A DNA stretch of 64,000 nucleotides, from the IMG/VR virus record IMGVR_UViG_3300020419_000859. One strand, written 5' to 3'. Positions 9,360 through 17,661 of the stretch are shown piece after piece. Under the pieces are notes generated by a model. The model worked only from the letters and a program-made list of their open reading frames with translations, did no database searches and was not told the DNA's origin. The first letter of the stretch is position 1; each line of letters opens with the position of its first letter. Source of the DNA: a virus. Made by a program: the position numbers and the translations under genes.

Positions 9360-10085
9360 ATGGGAAGCACACAAAAAAATGTAATGAAAAAGCCAAAGCA
9401 GACTATGAATAAGTTGGCTCATAACGTAAACAAATCTGGTCCTACGTCATACACACAAAAAGCAGAAAAGATGATGAAGAAAAAACCTGTAGAACAAACT
9501 ATAGGAAAACCAGTGGAAGATAAAGACGATGGTACATTTAAACTAGTACCACCTAGAGACCCTAGAGTAAATTCAGCAATAGCACCATTTACAGATGACA
9601 TGTTAAAAGAACATGATATCAAAGATAGAAAAGAACTTGCAGATAGAATGTTCAAGACTATGCTAAAATATGGTGGTATAGGATTAACAGCGAATCAGGT
9701 AGGGTTACCTTTCAACATGTTTGTGTTAGGTGCTCACGAACACATAGAAAAAGGGTTAAAAATGGCATGTTTTAATCCTATGATAATATCAAAAGGCGAG
9801 GAAGAAGTTATGATGAAAGAGGGTTGTTTAACCTTTCCTTTCGTATTCCTAGGAATAACTAGACCTAGAAAAGTTATTGTAAAATATACAGATGAAAATG
9901 GCGATCTACAAGAAGGCCATTTAGATGGTGTAGTAAGTAGAGTATTCCAACATGAATATGACCATGTAATGGGTAAGAATATGACCGATAAGGTGTCTAA
10001 AATGAAATTAGACATGGCCTACAAGAAAGCAGAAAAACAGATGAAAGCCTACCAAAAGCACAAGGAGGCAATGGAAAACCTGTAA
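9360..10085 (+). CDS. def: Peptide deformylase with a basic N-terminal extension
   Basis: GIGLTANQ, EGCLT and HEYDH motifs. Confidence 0.92.
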   Translation: MGSTQKNVMKKPKQTMNKLAHNVNKSGPTSYTQKAEKMMKKKPVEQTIGKPVEDKDDGTFKLVPPRDPRVNSAIAPFTDDMLKEHDIKDRKELADRMFKTMLKYGGIGLTANQVGLPFNMFVLGAHEHIEKGLKMACFNPMIISKGEEEVMMKEGCLTFPFVFLGITRPRKVIVKYTDENGDLQEGHLDGVVSRVFQHEYDHVMGKNMTDKVSKMKLDMAYKKAEKQMKAYQKHKEAMENL

Positions 10086-10087
10086 GC

Positions 10088-10116
10088 TTGACAATCGGAA
10101 CGATTTCTGATATTAT
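10088..10116 (+). promoter_or_regulatory. Sigma70-type promoter with extended -10 (leaderless)
   Basis: TTGACA-N17-TATTAT with TGn; ATG 6 nt downstream. Confidence 0.7.
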
Positions 10117-10122
10117 TATATT

Positions 10123-11475
10123 ATGACTGCAACTACTGACTTTGATATACACGCTAAGCAAGACTTGGCCGGCGTTGAGAAGAAATGGGAACAATTTCAA
10201 GACGAAAACGATATATCTAAAATAGAAGATATAGACGAAAAAATACTTAAAGAAGAAATAGAAAAAGACCTTGGTTTCGTGTCTCAAATGACCGTACAAG
10301 AGTATACATTATTTCAAAAGTGGCAAGAAGTACAAAGAAAATATCCAACAACAGAATCATCAACAGTTTTCGGCGTTCAAAAAGTATTAGATCAAGAAGT
10401 AAAAAAGAAGATAGATAAAGTAAGAAACAATATCTGGATTCCAGAATCACCTGAAGATTATGAGAAATTAGAACCAGTATTAGAATTTACAGATGACCAC
10501 GAAATTATTGAAAAAGGTGGTCAACTAGGTGGCAAAACAGAGGTTAAAAGAGATAAGACTAAATCAGAAACTTGGAATACGTTAAGAACTTTTTTGTCTA
10601 CTATGAAAAACAATAGTAATATTGGTAGACAATTATTCTTTAATGTAAATGATAACAATTCAGGTGGCCATTTAGGTGTAATTTGTATATCTGGTGACTT
10701 TATGGATTTAACACCAAGAGATAGTGCTATTGGTTGGGATAGACAAAGTAAAACTTTTGGTGGTATGATTAATCACACAGCAATTGGTTCTTCTATAGTA
10801 CCTACACAACCTTTAGGTTATAGTTATACTGGTGGTAAATTATTAGCGTATCTATGTTTATCAGATGTTGTACAGAATTTATGGAAAGAGAAGTATGGAG
10901 ATCACTTGGTTGGTGTCACAACTACATCTTTATATGGTAAATCAAAAACTAATACGTTAAGTCAATACGATGGTTTAAAGTATTGGAAAAAAATGGGTTT
11001 CACTATGGGTTCCGTTTCATACGAACCACAAGCTAACACTAAAAAGTTAATCAAACAATGGTTGAAAAAAAATCATACTAGAAAATACTTTGAATGGTAT
11101 GAGGCAACAAGAGCTAATGGCCAACCATTGAAAAGAGATCACAAAAATAGATCATATATGTTTACTTACAGTAGACTAGGTATACCAAAAGAATATATTA
11201 AGACAGATCACGCAAGAGGTATTTACTTTGCTAGATTATATAATAACTCATATGAATTTTTAAGAGGAGAAGTAAAAGAAGATCAACTAGACAAAAGGTT
11301 TGATAACTCTACCGAAGCATTAGTTAATGTTTGGAAAAACAAACATGTTAAGAATAGAGTAAAAAACTTATTGGCGACAGATAGATTTACTTACGATTCA
11401 CATTTCTATGATGATTTAATATATCTAGATTGGGAACAGTGTAAGGAAAAGTATCTAAATCAAGTCGGAAGATAA
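10123..11475 (+). CDS. DUF4338/DruA-like protein, copy 1
   Basis: RDSAIGW, IVPTQPLGYSYTGGKLLA, WKEKYG, TTTSLYG...SQY; clearly similar to 26126..27223. Confidence 0.65.
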   Translation: MTATTDFDIHAKQDLAGVEKKWEQFQDENDISKIEDIDEKILKEEIEKDLGFVSQMTVQEYTLFQKWQEVQRKYPTTESSTVFGVQKVLDQEVKKKIDKVRNNIWIPESPEDYEKLEPVLEFTDDHEIIEKGGQLGGKTEVKRDKTKSETWNTLRTFLSTMKNNSNIGRQLFFNVNDNNSGGHLGVICISGDFMDLTPRDSAIGWDRQSKTFGGMINHTAIGSSIVPTQPLGYSYTGGKLLAYLCLSDVVQNLWKEKYGDHLVGVTTTSLYGKSKTNTLSQYDGLKYWKKMGFTMGSVSYEPQANTKKLIKQWLKKNHTRKYFEWYEATRANGQPLKRDHKNRSYMFTYSRLGIPKEYIKTDHARGIYFARLYNNSYEFLRGEVKEDQLDKRFDNSTEALVNVWKNKHVKNRVKNLLATDRFTYDSHFYDDLIYLDWEQCKEKYLNQVGR

Positions 11476-11586
11476 CGAATCAGACTAAAAAATTAAGTGT
11501 TCTGGTAATGTTCTTTTAAAAAGCAAGTAAGGACGTGAAAAATAATGGTTGCTTTTTACGATTTTTTCCTGTAAAGTATATAGTAT

Positions 11587-13899
11587 ATGAAAACAAAAAC
11601 CACTACAGTAAATATTGATCAGAAATCAGTATTAGCAAAACTACTTGCAACAGAAAATATTACAATTCAACATAACAATGTACGTACAGCTTCTTTTGAT
11701 GTAAAGAATAGAGTACTTACATTACCAATATTTAAAACAAAATCTCCCGATGTGTATGACATGCTTATCGCCCATGAATGTGCTCATGCTCTTTTTACTC
11801 CTTATAAATCATGGGCAAATATTTCTAGTGATGATGAGTTAAGAGCTTACGTCAACGTACTTGAAGATTGCAGAATAGACGCTAAGATTCAAAAACAATA
11901 TCCAGGTGTTGTTAAAAACTATATCAATGGTTTTGATATTCTTAACAAAGCAAACTTTTTTGGTGTTAAAGATAAAGACTTAAACAAAGACTTAATGTTG
12001 ATTGATAAAATCAATATGTTCTACAAGTCTTCAAAAAGATTACCTATTTATTTTTCTACTATGGATAATATATGGATTAAACAAGTTAACAATCTTAAAT
12101 CTTTTAAAGATGTAGTTGAGTTAGCTAAGAAGATGTTAGATTGGCAGAAAAAAGAAATTGAAAAACAAAAAGAAAACGGTTCATTATCTGAAACTATAGA
12201 TAAACTTTACAAAATATCAGATGACCACAAAATGCCTGAATCAGGTAATGACAGTGGTGATGATGGTGATGATACAGATTCAAATGAAATAGATGACGCC
12301 GAGGAAAAAGGTGACGGTGACGCTGGTGATGTAGACAATACAAATTCAGGCGAACAACAACAATCTACTCCAGGTGGTGAGGGTAAAGATGAAGACTCTG
12401 CTAGCAAAGGTTTAGACGCTGACAAGTTTATATCAATTACTGATAAAACATATCAGGACAATACTGCTAAAATTACTACTGCTGATATTGATTACAATTA
12501 TGTAAATTTACCAGAAGCAGATTTAAATAGAGTTGTAGTTAAAAATTCTACTTTCATTAATGAAATGAGACAGTATGTTAAAAATGAACAAATACATTAT
12601 AGAGGTACTAAAGATTACTTAAACTGGTTAAGAAGTGATTTCAAAAAACATATTGCAGATAATATGAAAACTGTTAACTATCTAGTTAAAGAGTTTGAAA
12701 TGAAAAAATCTGCTACTGCTTACAAAAGAGCAACTACTGATAAAACAGGTACTATTGATCCTCTTAAATTAAAAGATTACAAATTCAGTGATGATATCTT
12801 TAAAAGATTAACTATTTTACCTACTGAAAAAAACCATGGTATGATGATGTTATTAGATTGGTCTGGTAGTATGGCTAGTGATCTTAAAAAGACTATTGAT
12901 CAATTATTAAATCTAGTTTATTTCTGTAGAAAAATTAATATACCTTTTAAAGTATATGCATTTACTACCGAGTATTGTGATAAAATGGGTATCAACCATA
13001 GAAATAGTGACTTAAACGAGAAGTCAACTTGGAAATGGAAAGTTGGCGATATGCACGTTGAGAACTTTAACTTAATTGAGATAGCAGATCACAAATTAAA
13101 AAAAATACAATTAGAAGAATCTTTAATGTATCTTTACAATATGGGATTATGTTATGATGGTAATATCAGAGGTTCTTTCTGGAATGGTGAGAGAGCATAC
13201 AAAGGTGACAGATTCAGTATGCCTAATCAATACAACCTAGGTACTACACCACTTAACGAAGCTTTAATTGCTTGTTTAAAAATGGTACCAATGTTTAAAC
13301 AAAAATACAGTATTGAAAAAATGACATTTATTACCTTAACAGATGGTGGTGCCAACTATTGTGGAGATAGAAAAGTTATTGAAAACAAAGATGGTAAGAT
13401 GGAAGCTGTACATAAAGATGAGTTAATTGCTACTAAAAAAACACCAGATGACAGGTATGTATCAGTTAAGAATGTTATTAAGATTGGTAAAAAACAATAC
13501 GTAAATTCAGATCATAGATCAGGCCTTACTGGTATGTTATTACAAATTATTCAAAAAGAACATGGTATTAAAACAATTGGTTTTTATGTAGTTAGAACAT
13601 TAAAATGGTGGGACATTGGTAGATTTACTGGTCACATTAAAGACTATTTAAAAAGAGACAAGGTAGTGGCTGAAATTAAATCCAAGTTTACTAAAGAGAA
13701 GTGTGCTACTGTACTTAACAAAGGTTACAATAAGTACTTCTTGTTAAATGGTAAACAACTGGCCGTACAAAATACTGACTTGTCTACAATTAAAGCAGAT
13801 GATAAGATAAGAAATATCAAATCAACGTTTAGTAAAAGTATGAAAGGACGAATCACTTCCAGATCACTTTTAAACAAGTTTATTGAGGAGGTCGCCTAG
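11587..13899 (+). CDS. CobT-like protein: N-terminal HExxH metallopeptidase-like domain, acidic linker and vWA domain
   Basis: IAHECAHALFT, NVLEDCRI, LLDWSGSM (MIDAS), GTTPLNE, LTDG; adjacent to CobS. Confidence 0.8.
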   Translation: MKTKTTTVNIDQKSVLAKLLATENITIQHNNVRTASFDVKNRVLTLPIFKTKSPDVYDMLIAHECAHALFTPYKSWANISSDDELRAYVNVLEDCRIDAKIQKQYPGVVKNYINGFDILNKANFFGVKDKDLNKDLMLIDKINMFYKSSKRLPIYFSTMDNIWIKQVNNLKSFKDVVELAKKMLDWQKKEIEKQKENGSLSETIDKLYKISDDHKMPESGNDSGDDGDDTDSNEIDDAEEKGDGDAGDVDNTNSGEQQQSTPGGEGKDEDSASKGLDADKFISITDKTYQDNTAKITTADIDYNYVNLPEADLNRVVVKNSTFINEMRQYVKNEQIHYRGTKDYLNWLRSDFKKHIADNMKTVNYLVKEFEMKKSATAYKRATTDKTGTIDPLKLKDYKFSDDIFKRLTILPTEKNHGMMMLLDWSGSMASDLKKTIDQLLNLVYFCRKINIPFKVYAFTTEYCDKMGINHRNSDLNEKSTWKWKVGDMHVENFNLIEIADHKLKKIQLEESLMYLYNMGLCYDGNIRGSFWNGERAYKGDRFSMPNQYNLGTTPLNEALIACLKMVPMFKQKYSIEKMTFITLTDGGANYCGDRKVIENKDGKMEAVHKDELIATKKTPDDRYVSVKNVIKIGKKQYVNSDHRSGLTGMLLQIIQKEHGIKTIGFYVVRTLKWWDIGRFTGHIKDYLKRDKVVAEIKSKFTKEKCATVLNKGYNKYFLLNGKQLAVQNTDLSTIKADDKIRNIKSTFSKSMKGRITSRSLLNKFIEEVA

Positions 13900-13985
13900 A
13901 TGATACGGTTATCAACGATTCTTTTAGGCTTTACATTTACTTTAATCTATGATAGGATATACCAATAATATGAAAGGAAAACACT

Positions 13986-15200
13986 ATGCTTAATGCAAAA
14001 CAAACACAATTTGTTGAACACGCTTATAGTATGTTTAACAAAAAAGAATTAACTGTTGAGCAGTTAAAAAAAGCAAACAAAAAGTTTGGTTGTAAATATG
14101 CTCCACAATGGTTAATTAAAAATAAAGATTACAAATTAGGTAAGTCTTTATTCAAACTGCCTGTAGATGGTGAGGACGTATCAGTACCTACAAAATCTAC
14201 CGTATCAGTAAAGTCTGAAGCAAAAGTTGAGACGGCAAAATCAGAAGCCGCTTACGTTGTTTCTTCTTTAGTTGGTGATATTGTTCCTAAAAAGGATCCA
14301 ATATTCGTACCGTTTGGTAATTATACAGATGTAAAATCAATTATTAAATCTAATAGATTTTATCCTATCTTTATTACTGGACTTTCAGGTAACGGTAAAA
14401 CAATGGGTGTGATTCAATCTTGTGCCGAGGCAAAGAAAGAATTAATTAGAGTTAACATAACAATTGAAACAGATGAGGACGATCTATTAGGTGGTTATAG
14501 ACTTAAAGACGGACAAACTGTTTGGCAAAACGGTCCTGTTATTGAGGCAATGGAAAGAGGTGCATTGTTATTATTAGATGAAGTTGATTTAGCTTCTAAT
14601 AAAATTATGTGTCTACAACCAATACTTGAAGGATCAGGTGTTTATGTTAAAAAGATAAACAAGTTTGTAAAACCTAAAAATGGTTTTAACATTGTTGCTA
14701 CTGCCAATACTAAAGGTCAAGGTAGTGAAGATGGTAAGTTTATCGGAACAAACATTCTTAATGAGGCTTTCTTGGAAAGATTTCCTGTGACGTTTGAACA
14801 GAAATATCCAAGTGTTGCTATTGAGAAAAAAATATTAACTAACACGTTAAAAGCGGCTGGTAAATCAGACAAGGCTTTCATTGAAAAGCTTACTACATGG
14901 GCTGATGTTATCAGAAAAACGTTTTTTGATGGTGGTGTAGATGAGATTATCTCAACAAGAAGATTAGTCCACATAACACAAGCTTACGCTATATTTAATA
15001 ATAAAGTAAAAGCTATTACAATGTGTACTAATAGATTTGATGATGATACAAAAAATTCGTTTGTAGAGTTATATACAAAAGTCGATTCTGGTGCAAGTGT
15101 TGAAGACATTATGGAGCAGAAAAGACAGGACGATTTAGCTTCACAATCGGATCTTAGCGAAGATGAAGATAGCGAGGACGATGAGTCTAGCGCTGTCTAG
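13986..15200 (+). CDS. cobS: CobS-like MoxR AAA+ ATPase
   Basis: GLSGNGKT, LLLDEVD, ATANTKGQG, NEAFLERF, ISTRRL. Confidence 0.9.
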   Translation: MLNAKQTQFVEHAYSMFNKKELTVEQLKKANKKFGCKYAPQWLIKNKDYKLGKSLFKLPVDGEDVSVPTKSTVSVKSEAKVETAKSEAAYVVSSLVGDIVPKKDPIFVPFGNYTDVKSIIKSNRFYPIFITGLSGNGKTMGVIQSCAEAKKELIRVNITIETDEDDLLGGYRLKDGQTVWQNGPVIEAMERGALLLLDEVDLASNKIMCLQPILEGSGVYVKKINKFVKPKNGFNIVATANTKGQGSEDGKFIGTNILNEAFLERFPVTFEQKYPSVAIEKKILTNTLKAAGKSDKAFIEKLTTWADVIRKTFFDGGVDEIISTRRLVHITQAYAIFNNKVKAITMCTNRFDDDTKNSFVELYTKVDSGASVEDIMEQKRQDDLASQSDLSEDEDSEDDESSAV

Positions 15201-15223
15201 TCTAAAGCTTAGTGTAATCCTTT

Positions 15224-15249
15224 GGAGGGCGATGTAGTGGTCGCCCTCC
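15224..15249 (+). other. GC-rich hairpin upstream of rpsU (no U-tract; stabiliser or processing signal)
   Basis: GGAGGGCGAT-GTAGTG-GTCGCCCTCC. Confidence 0.5.
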
Positions 15250-15274
15250 TACTAAAGGAAATAAGAAAGGAAAT

Positions 15275-15478
15275 ATGGGTATAAAAGTAGACGTTAGAAA
15301 TGGTAATGTAGAACAAGCCTTACGTGTTTTAAAACGTAAATATCTTAAAGATGGCTTTTTAAAAACGTACAAAGAAAAAATGTACTATGAAAAACCGTCT
15401 GAAAGAAAAAGACGTAAACAAAAGGAAATGATTATCAATTCTAAAAAAGCTAAGAGATTACGAGAAAAATTTTTATAG
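15275..15478 (+). CDS. rpsU: Ribosomal protein bS21
   Basis: VDVRNGNVEQALRVLKRK...YYEKPSERKRRK. Confidence 0.93.
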   Translation: MGIKVDVRNGNVEQALRVLKRKYLKDGFLKTYKEKMYYEKPSERKRRKQKEMIINSKKAKRLREKFL

Positions 15479-15487
15479 AATTTATGA

Positions 15488-15696
15488 ATTTAACGCCATA
15501 CATTGATATATATATTATGGTCAAGGCTGCTCGTAAGTCCTATGACAGCGTTAAATGAGGCATATAGGGTGCCTCAAACAGTGGATTGTTTAAGCATTTG
15601 CGCTTAGTTTCGCACCACTTTAAAAAAACAAACTAAAGCTGCGGCTCGGTTTTGGTAGTTTTCTATAGCCTTGTATTCAGAAAACTACCACTTGAC
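15488..15696 (+). ncRNA. Candidate structured non-coding RNA with several stems and pseudoknots
   Basis: ORF-free region with six or more stems, including a 12-bp perfect stem and two loop pairings (see findings); family not recognised. Confidence 0.55.
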
Positions 15697-15723
15697 ATAT
15701 GAGAAATCATACTTATATAAATA
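15691..15723 (+). promoter_or_regulatory. Composite hsp20 promoter: RpoH-like plus T4 late TATAAATA
   Basis: CTTG-N17-CTTATAT (alphaproteobacterial sigma32-type) overlapping TATAAATA at 15716-15723. Confidence 0.6.
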
Positions 15724-15728
15724 ACTAT

Positions 15729-15790
15729 GACAATGCCATAATGGGTTGTCTTTTAAAAAAATAACTTTGCTTAACAAAGGAGGTTACATG
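15729..15790 (+). promoter_or_regulatory. ROSE-like RNA thermometer in the hsp20 5' UTR
   Basis: TAACTTT(G)CTT-AACA-AAGGAGGTTA hairpin sequesters the SD, with UUGCU and a bulged G; upstream GACAA...TTGTC hairpin. Confidence 0.7.
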
Positions 15791-16231
15791 ACCAATAAAG
15801 CATATTCTATTTTTAATCAATTAAGACCAATAACCGTAGGTTACGATGATGTATTTGATCGTTTTGAATCTATGTTTGACGAGTTTGGTGGTACACCAAG
15901 ACTAGCAACTATGTCAAATTTTCCGTTTTACAATATAGTAAAACAGGATAAAAACAAGTACGATATACAAATTGCACTTGCAGGTTATAATAAAAAAGAC
16001 ATTGAGGTTACCTTGGAAGAGGGTATACTTACAGTGAAATCTTTAACTAAAGACAAGGAAAATAAAGACATGATACATAAAGGTATCACTAAAAAGTATT
16101 TTACCAAATCTTTTACAGTGGCTGAAGATGTTGAAATCAAAGGCGCTGAGTTAAAAGATGGTCTTTTAACTATTAGTATGGAACGTATTATTCCAGAACA
16201 TATGAAAGCAAGAACTATTAATATTAAATAG
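15788..16231 (+). CDS. hsp20: Small heat shock protein Hsp20 (IbpA-like)
   Basis: FPFYNIVK, IALAGY, IHKGI, GAELKDGLLTI; AAGGAGG SD fixes the start at ATG 15788. Confidence 0.95.
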   Translation: MTNKAYSIFNQLRPITVGYDDVFDRFESMFDEFGGTPRLATMSNFPFYNIVKQDKNKYDIQIALAGYNKKDIEVTLEEGILTVKSLTKDKENKDMIHKGITKKYFTKSFTVAEDVEIKGAELKDGLLTISMERIIPEHMKARTINIK

Positions 16232-16295
16232 TTTTTAATAGAGTGTGAGGGAGCATTGACTTCCTCACTCTCATGTGATATAAAGGAGATATATT

Positions 16296-16841
16296 ATGAG
16301 AATACCAAATATAACATTTAAAACAAGGGTAGGCGATCTTGCAGAAAACGGCGAGTGTACCTTTGAAAACGGAAAGTGGGTGGATATAACTACTACAAAT
16401 CTATTTCAAAATAGAAAGGTTGTTTTATTCAGTTTGCCAGGTGCTTTTACACCTACTTGTACGTCACAACAATTACCTGGTTTTGAACAAAATTACAAAG
16501 CATTTAAGATACAAGGCATAGATGAAATCTATTGCTGTTCAGTAAATGATTCGTATGTAATGAATGCTTGGGCTCATGCTTCAGACGTAAAAAACGTTAA
16601 GATGATACCTGATGGTAATGGCGAACTAACAAGAGCATTAGACATGTTAGTTACCAAAGAGGCCATTGGTTTCGGTTACCGTTCTTGGAGGTATGCAGCT
16701 GTAATAAATGATGGTGAAGTAGAAAAAATGTTTATAGAACCTGGTAGAGATATCAACGATCCTTCGGATCCATATGGTGTTTCTTCTCCAGAAAACGTTT
16801 TATCTTATTTACAAAGTGAAGAAATTAAGAGGTCAGTTTGA
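16296..16841 (+). CDS. Peroxiredoxin (Prx5 type)
   Basis: LPGAFTPTC, SVNDSYVM, RSWRYA. Confidence 0.93.
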   Translation: MRIPNITFKTRVGDLAENGECTFENGKWVDITTTNLFQNRKVVLFSLPGAFTPTCTSQQLPGFEQNYKAFKIQGIDEIYCCSVNDSYVMNAWAHASDVKNVKMIPDGNGELTRALDMLVTKEAIGFGYRSWRYAAVINDGEVEKMFIEPGRDINDPSDPYGVSSPENVLSYLQSEEIKRSV

Positions 16842-16880
16842 GGCTTGACTTTTTAATTGATCTAGTATAGGATCAAAAAT

Positions 16881-16954
16881 GCGGATATCGTATAAAAGTA
16901 TTATGATTGGTTTCCAACCAGTAGAACTTGGGGCAGTACCAAGTATCCGCTCCA
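16881..16954 (+). tRNA. tRNA-Gly(TCC) with non-canonical D and T loops
   Basis: GCGGATA/TATCCGC acceptor, ATTGG-TTTCCAA-CCAGT anticodon arm, CTTGG-GGCAGTA-CCAAG T arm, TCCA end; TTGACT promoter upstream. Confidence 0.85.
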
Positions 16955-16984
16955 AATTAAATTATGAAAAGGAGTGATTAAATT

Positions 16985-17650
16985 ATGAACTTGTCAACAG
17001 AGACAATCGCAATGCTTAAAAATTTTTCTGATATAAATCAGAATATATTAATTAAGCCAGGAAGTAAAATACAAACTATTTCCAATATGAGAAATATCTT
17101 GGCAGAGGCCGAGATTAAAGAGAAGTTTGATAGCGAGTTTGCTATCTATGACTTACCAAAATTTTTAAGATCATTAGACTTATTCAGTAAGCCTGAACTT
17201 AAATTTAATGGTGGTGCTTCTATGACTATCGTTGAGTCAAAAAACGCTAGAAAACAGATTAAGTATTATTTTTCTGATAAATCTACAGTGTTTACACCTA
17301 ACAAAATAAATATGCCAGATAAACATGTCACGTTTACATTAAAGAACGATGACTTGGCAGAATTACATAAGGGTGTTGCTACGTTAAATTTACCAGATGT
17401 ATCTGTTATAGGTAATGGTAAAACTATTAATCTTGTGGCTTCTGATAAAAAAGATAAAACTTCTAACGAAGTATCTATACCACTTATAGAATCAGATGTT
17501 AAGTTTACTGCTTATTTTAAATCAGAAAACTTTAAAATGATACCTGATGATTACGATGTGGCAATCAGTAAACAAAAGATTTCTAGTTTCATATCTAGAG
17601 GTAAGAACGTTCAATATTGGATCGCATTAGAACCTGACTCTATATTTTAA
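16985..17650 (+). CDS. gp45: Sliding clamp gp45
   Basis: LKNFSDINQNI, FAIYDL, YWIALEPDS. Confidence 0.95.
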   Translation: MNLSTETIAMLKNFSDINQNILIKPGSKIQTISNMRNILAEAEIKEKFDSEFAIYDLPKFLRSLDLFSKPELKFNGGASMTIVESKNARKQIKYYFSDKSTVFTPNKINMPDKHVTFTLKNDDLAELHKGVATLNLPDVSVIGNGKTINLVASDKKDKTSNEVSIPLIESDVKFTAYFKSENFKMIPDDYDVAISKQKISSFISRGKNVQYWIALEPDSIF

Positions 17651-17661
17651 GGAGTTAGACA

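Noticed and set aside
10123-11475. A complete Druantia defence system
   Set aside because: No DruE helicase or DruB-D-like genes nearby; only isolated DUF4338-like genes.
15488-15696. Assigning the structured element to tmRNA, SAM-II/V riboswitch, twister ribozyme or retron msr-msd
   Set aside because: No tRNA-like acceptor or tag frame, no SAM-II/V or twister core consensus could be matched by eye, and there is no reverse transcriptase in the window.
15746-15787. Longer Hsp20 start (TTG 15746) from the ORF track
   Set aside because: A strong AAGGAGG SD and the thermometer hairpin place the start at ATG 15788.
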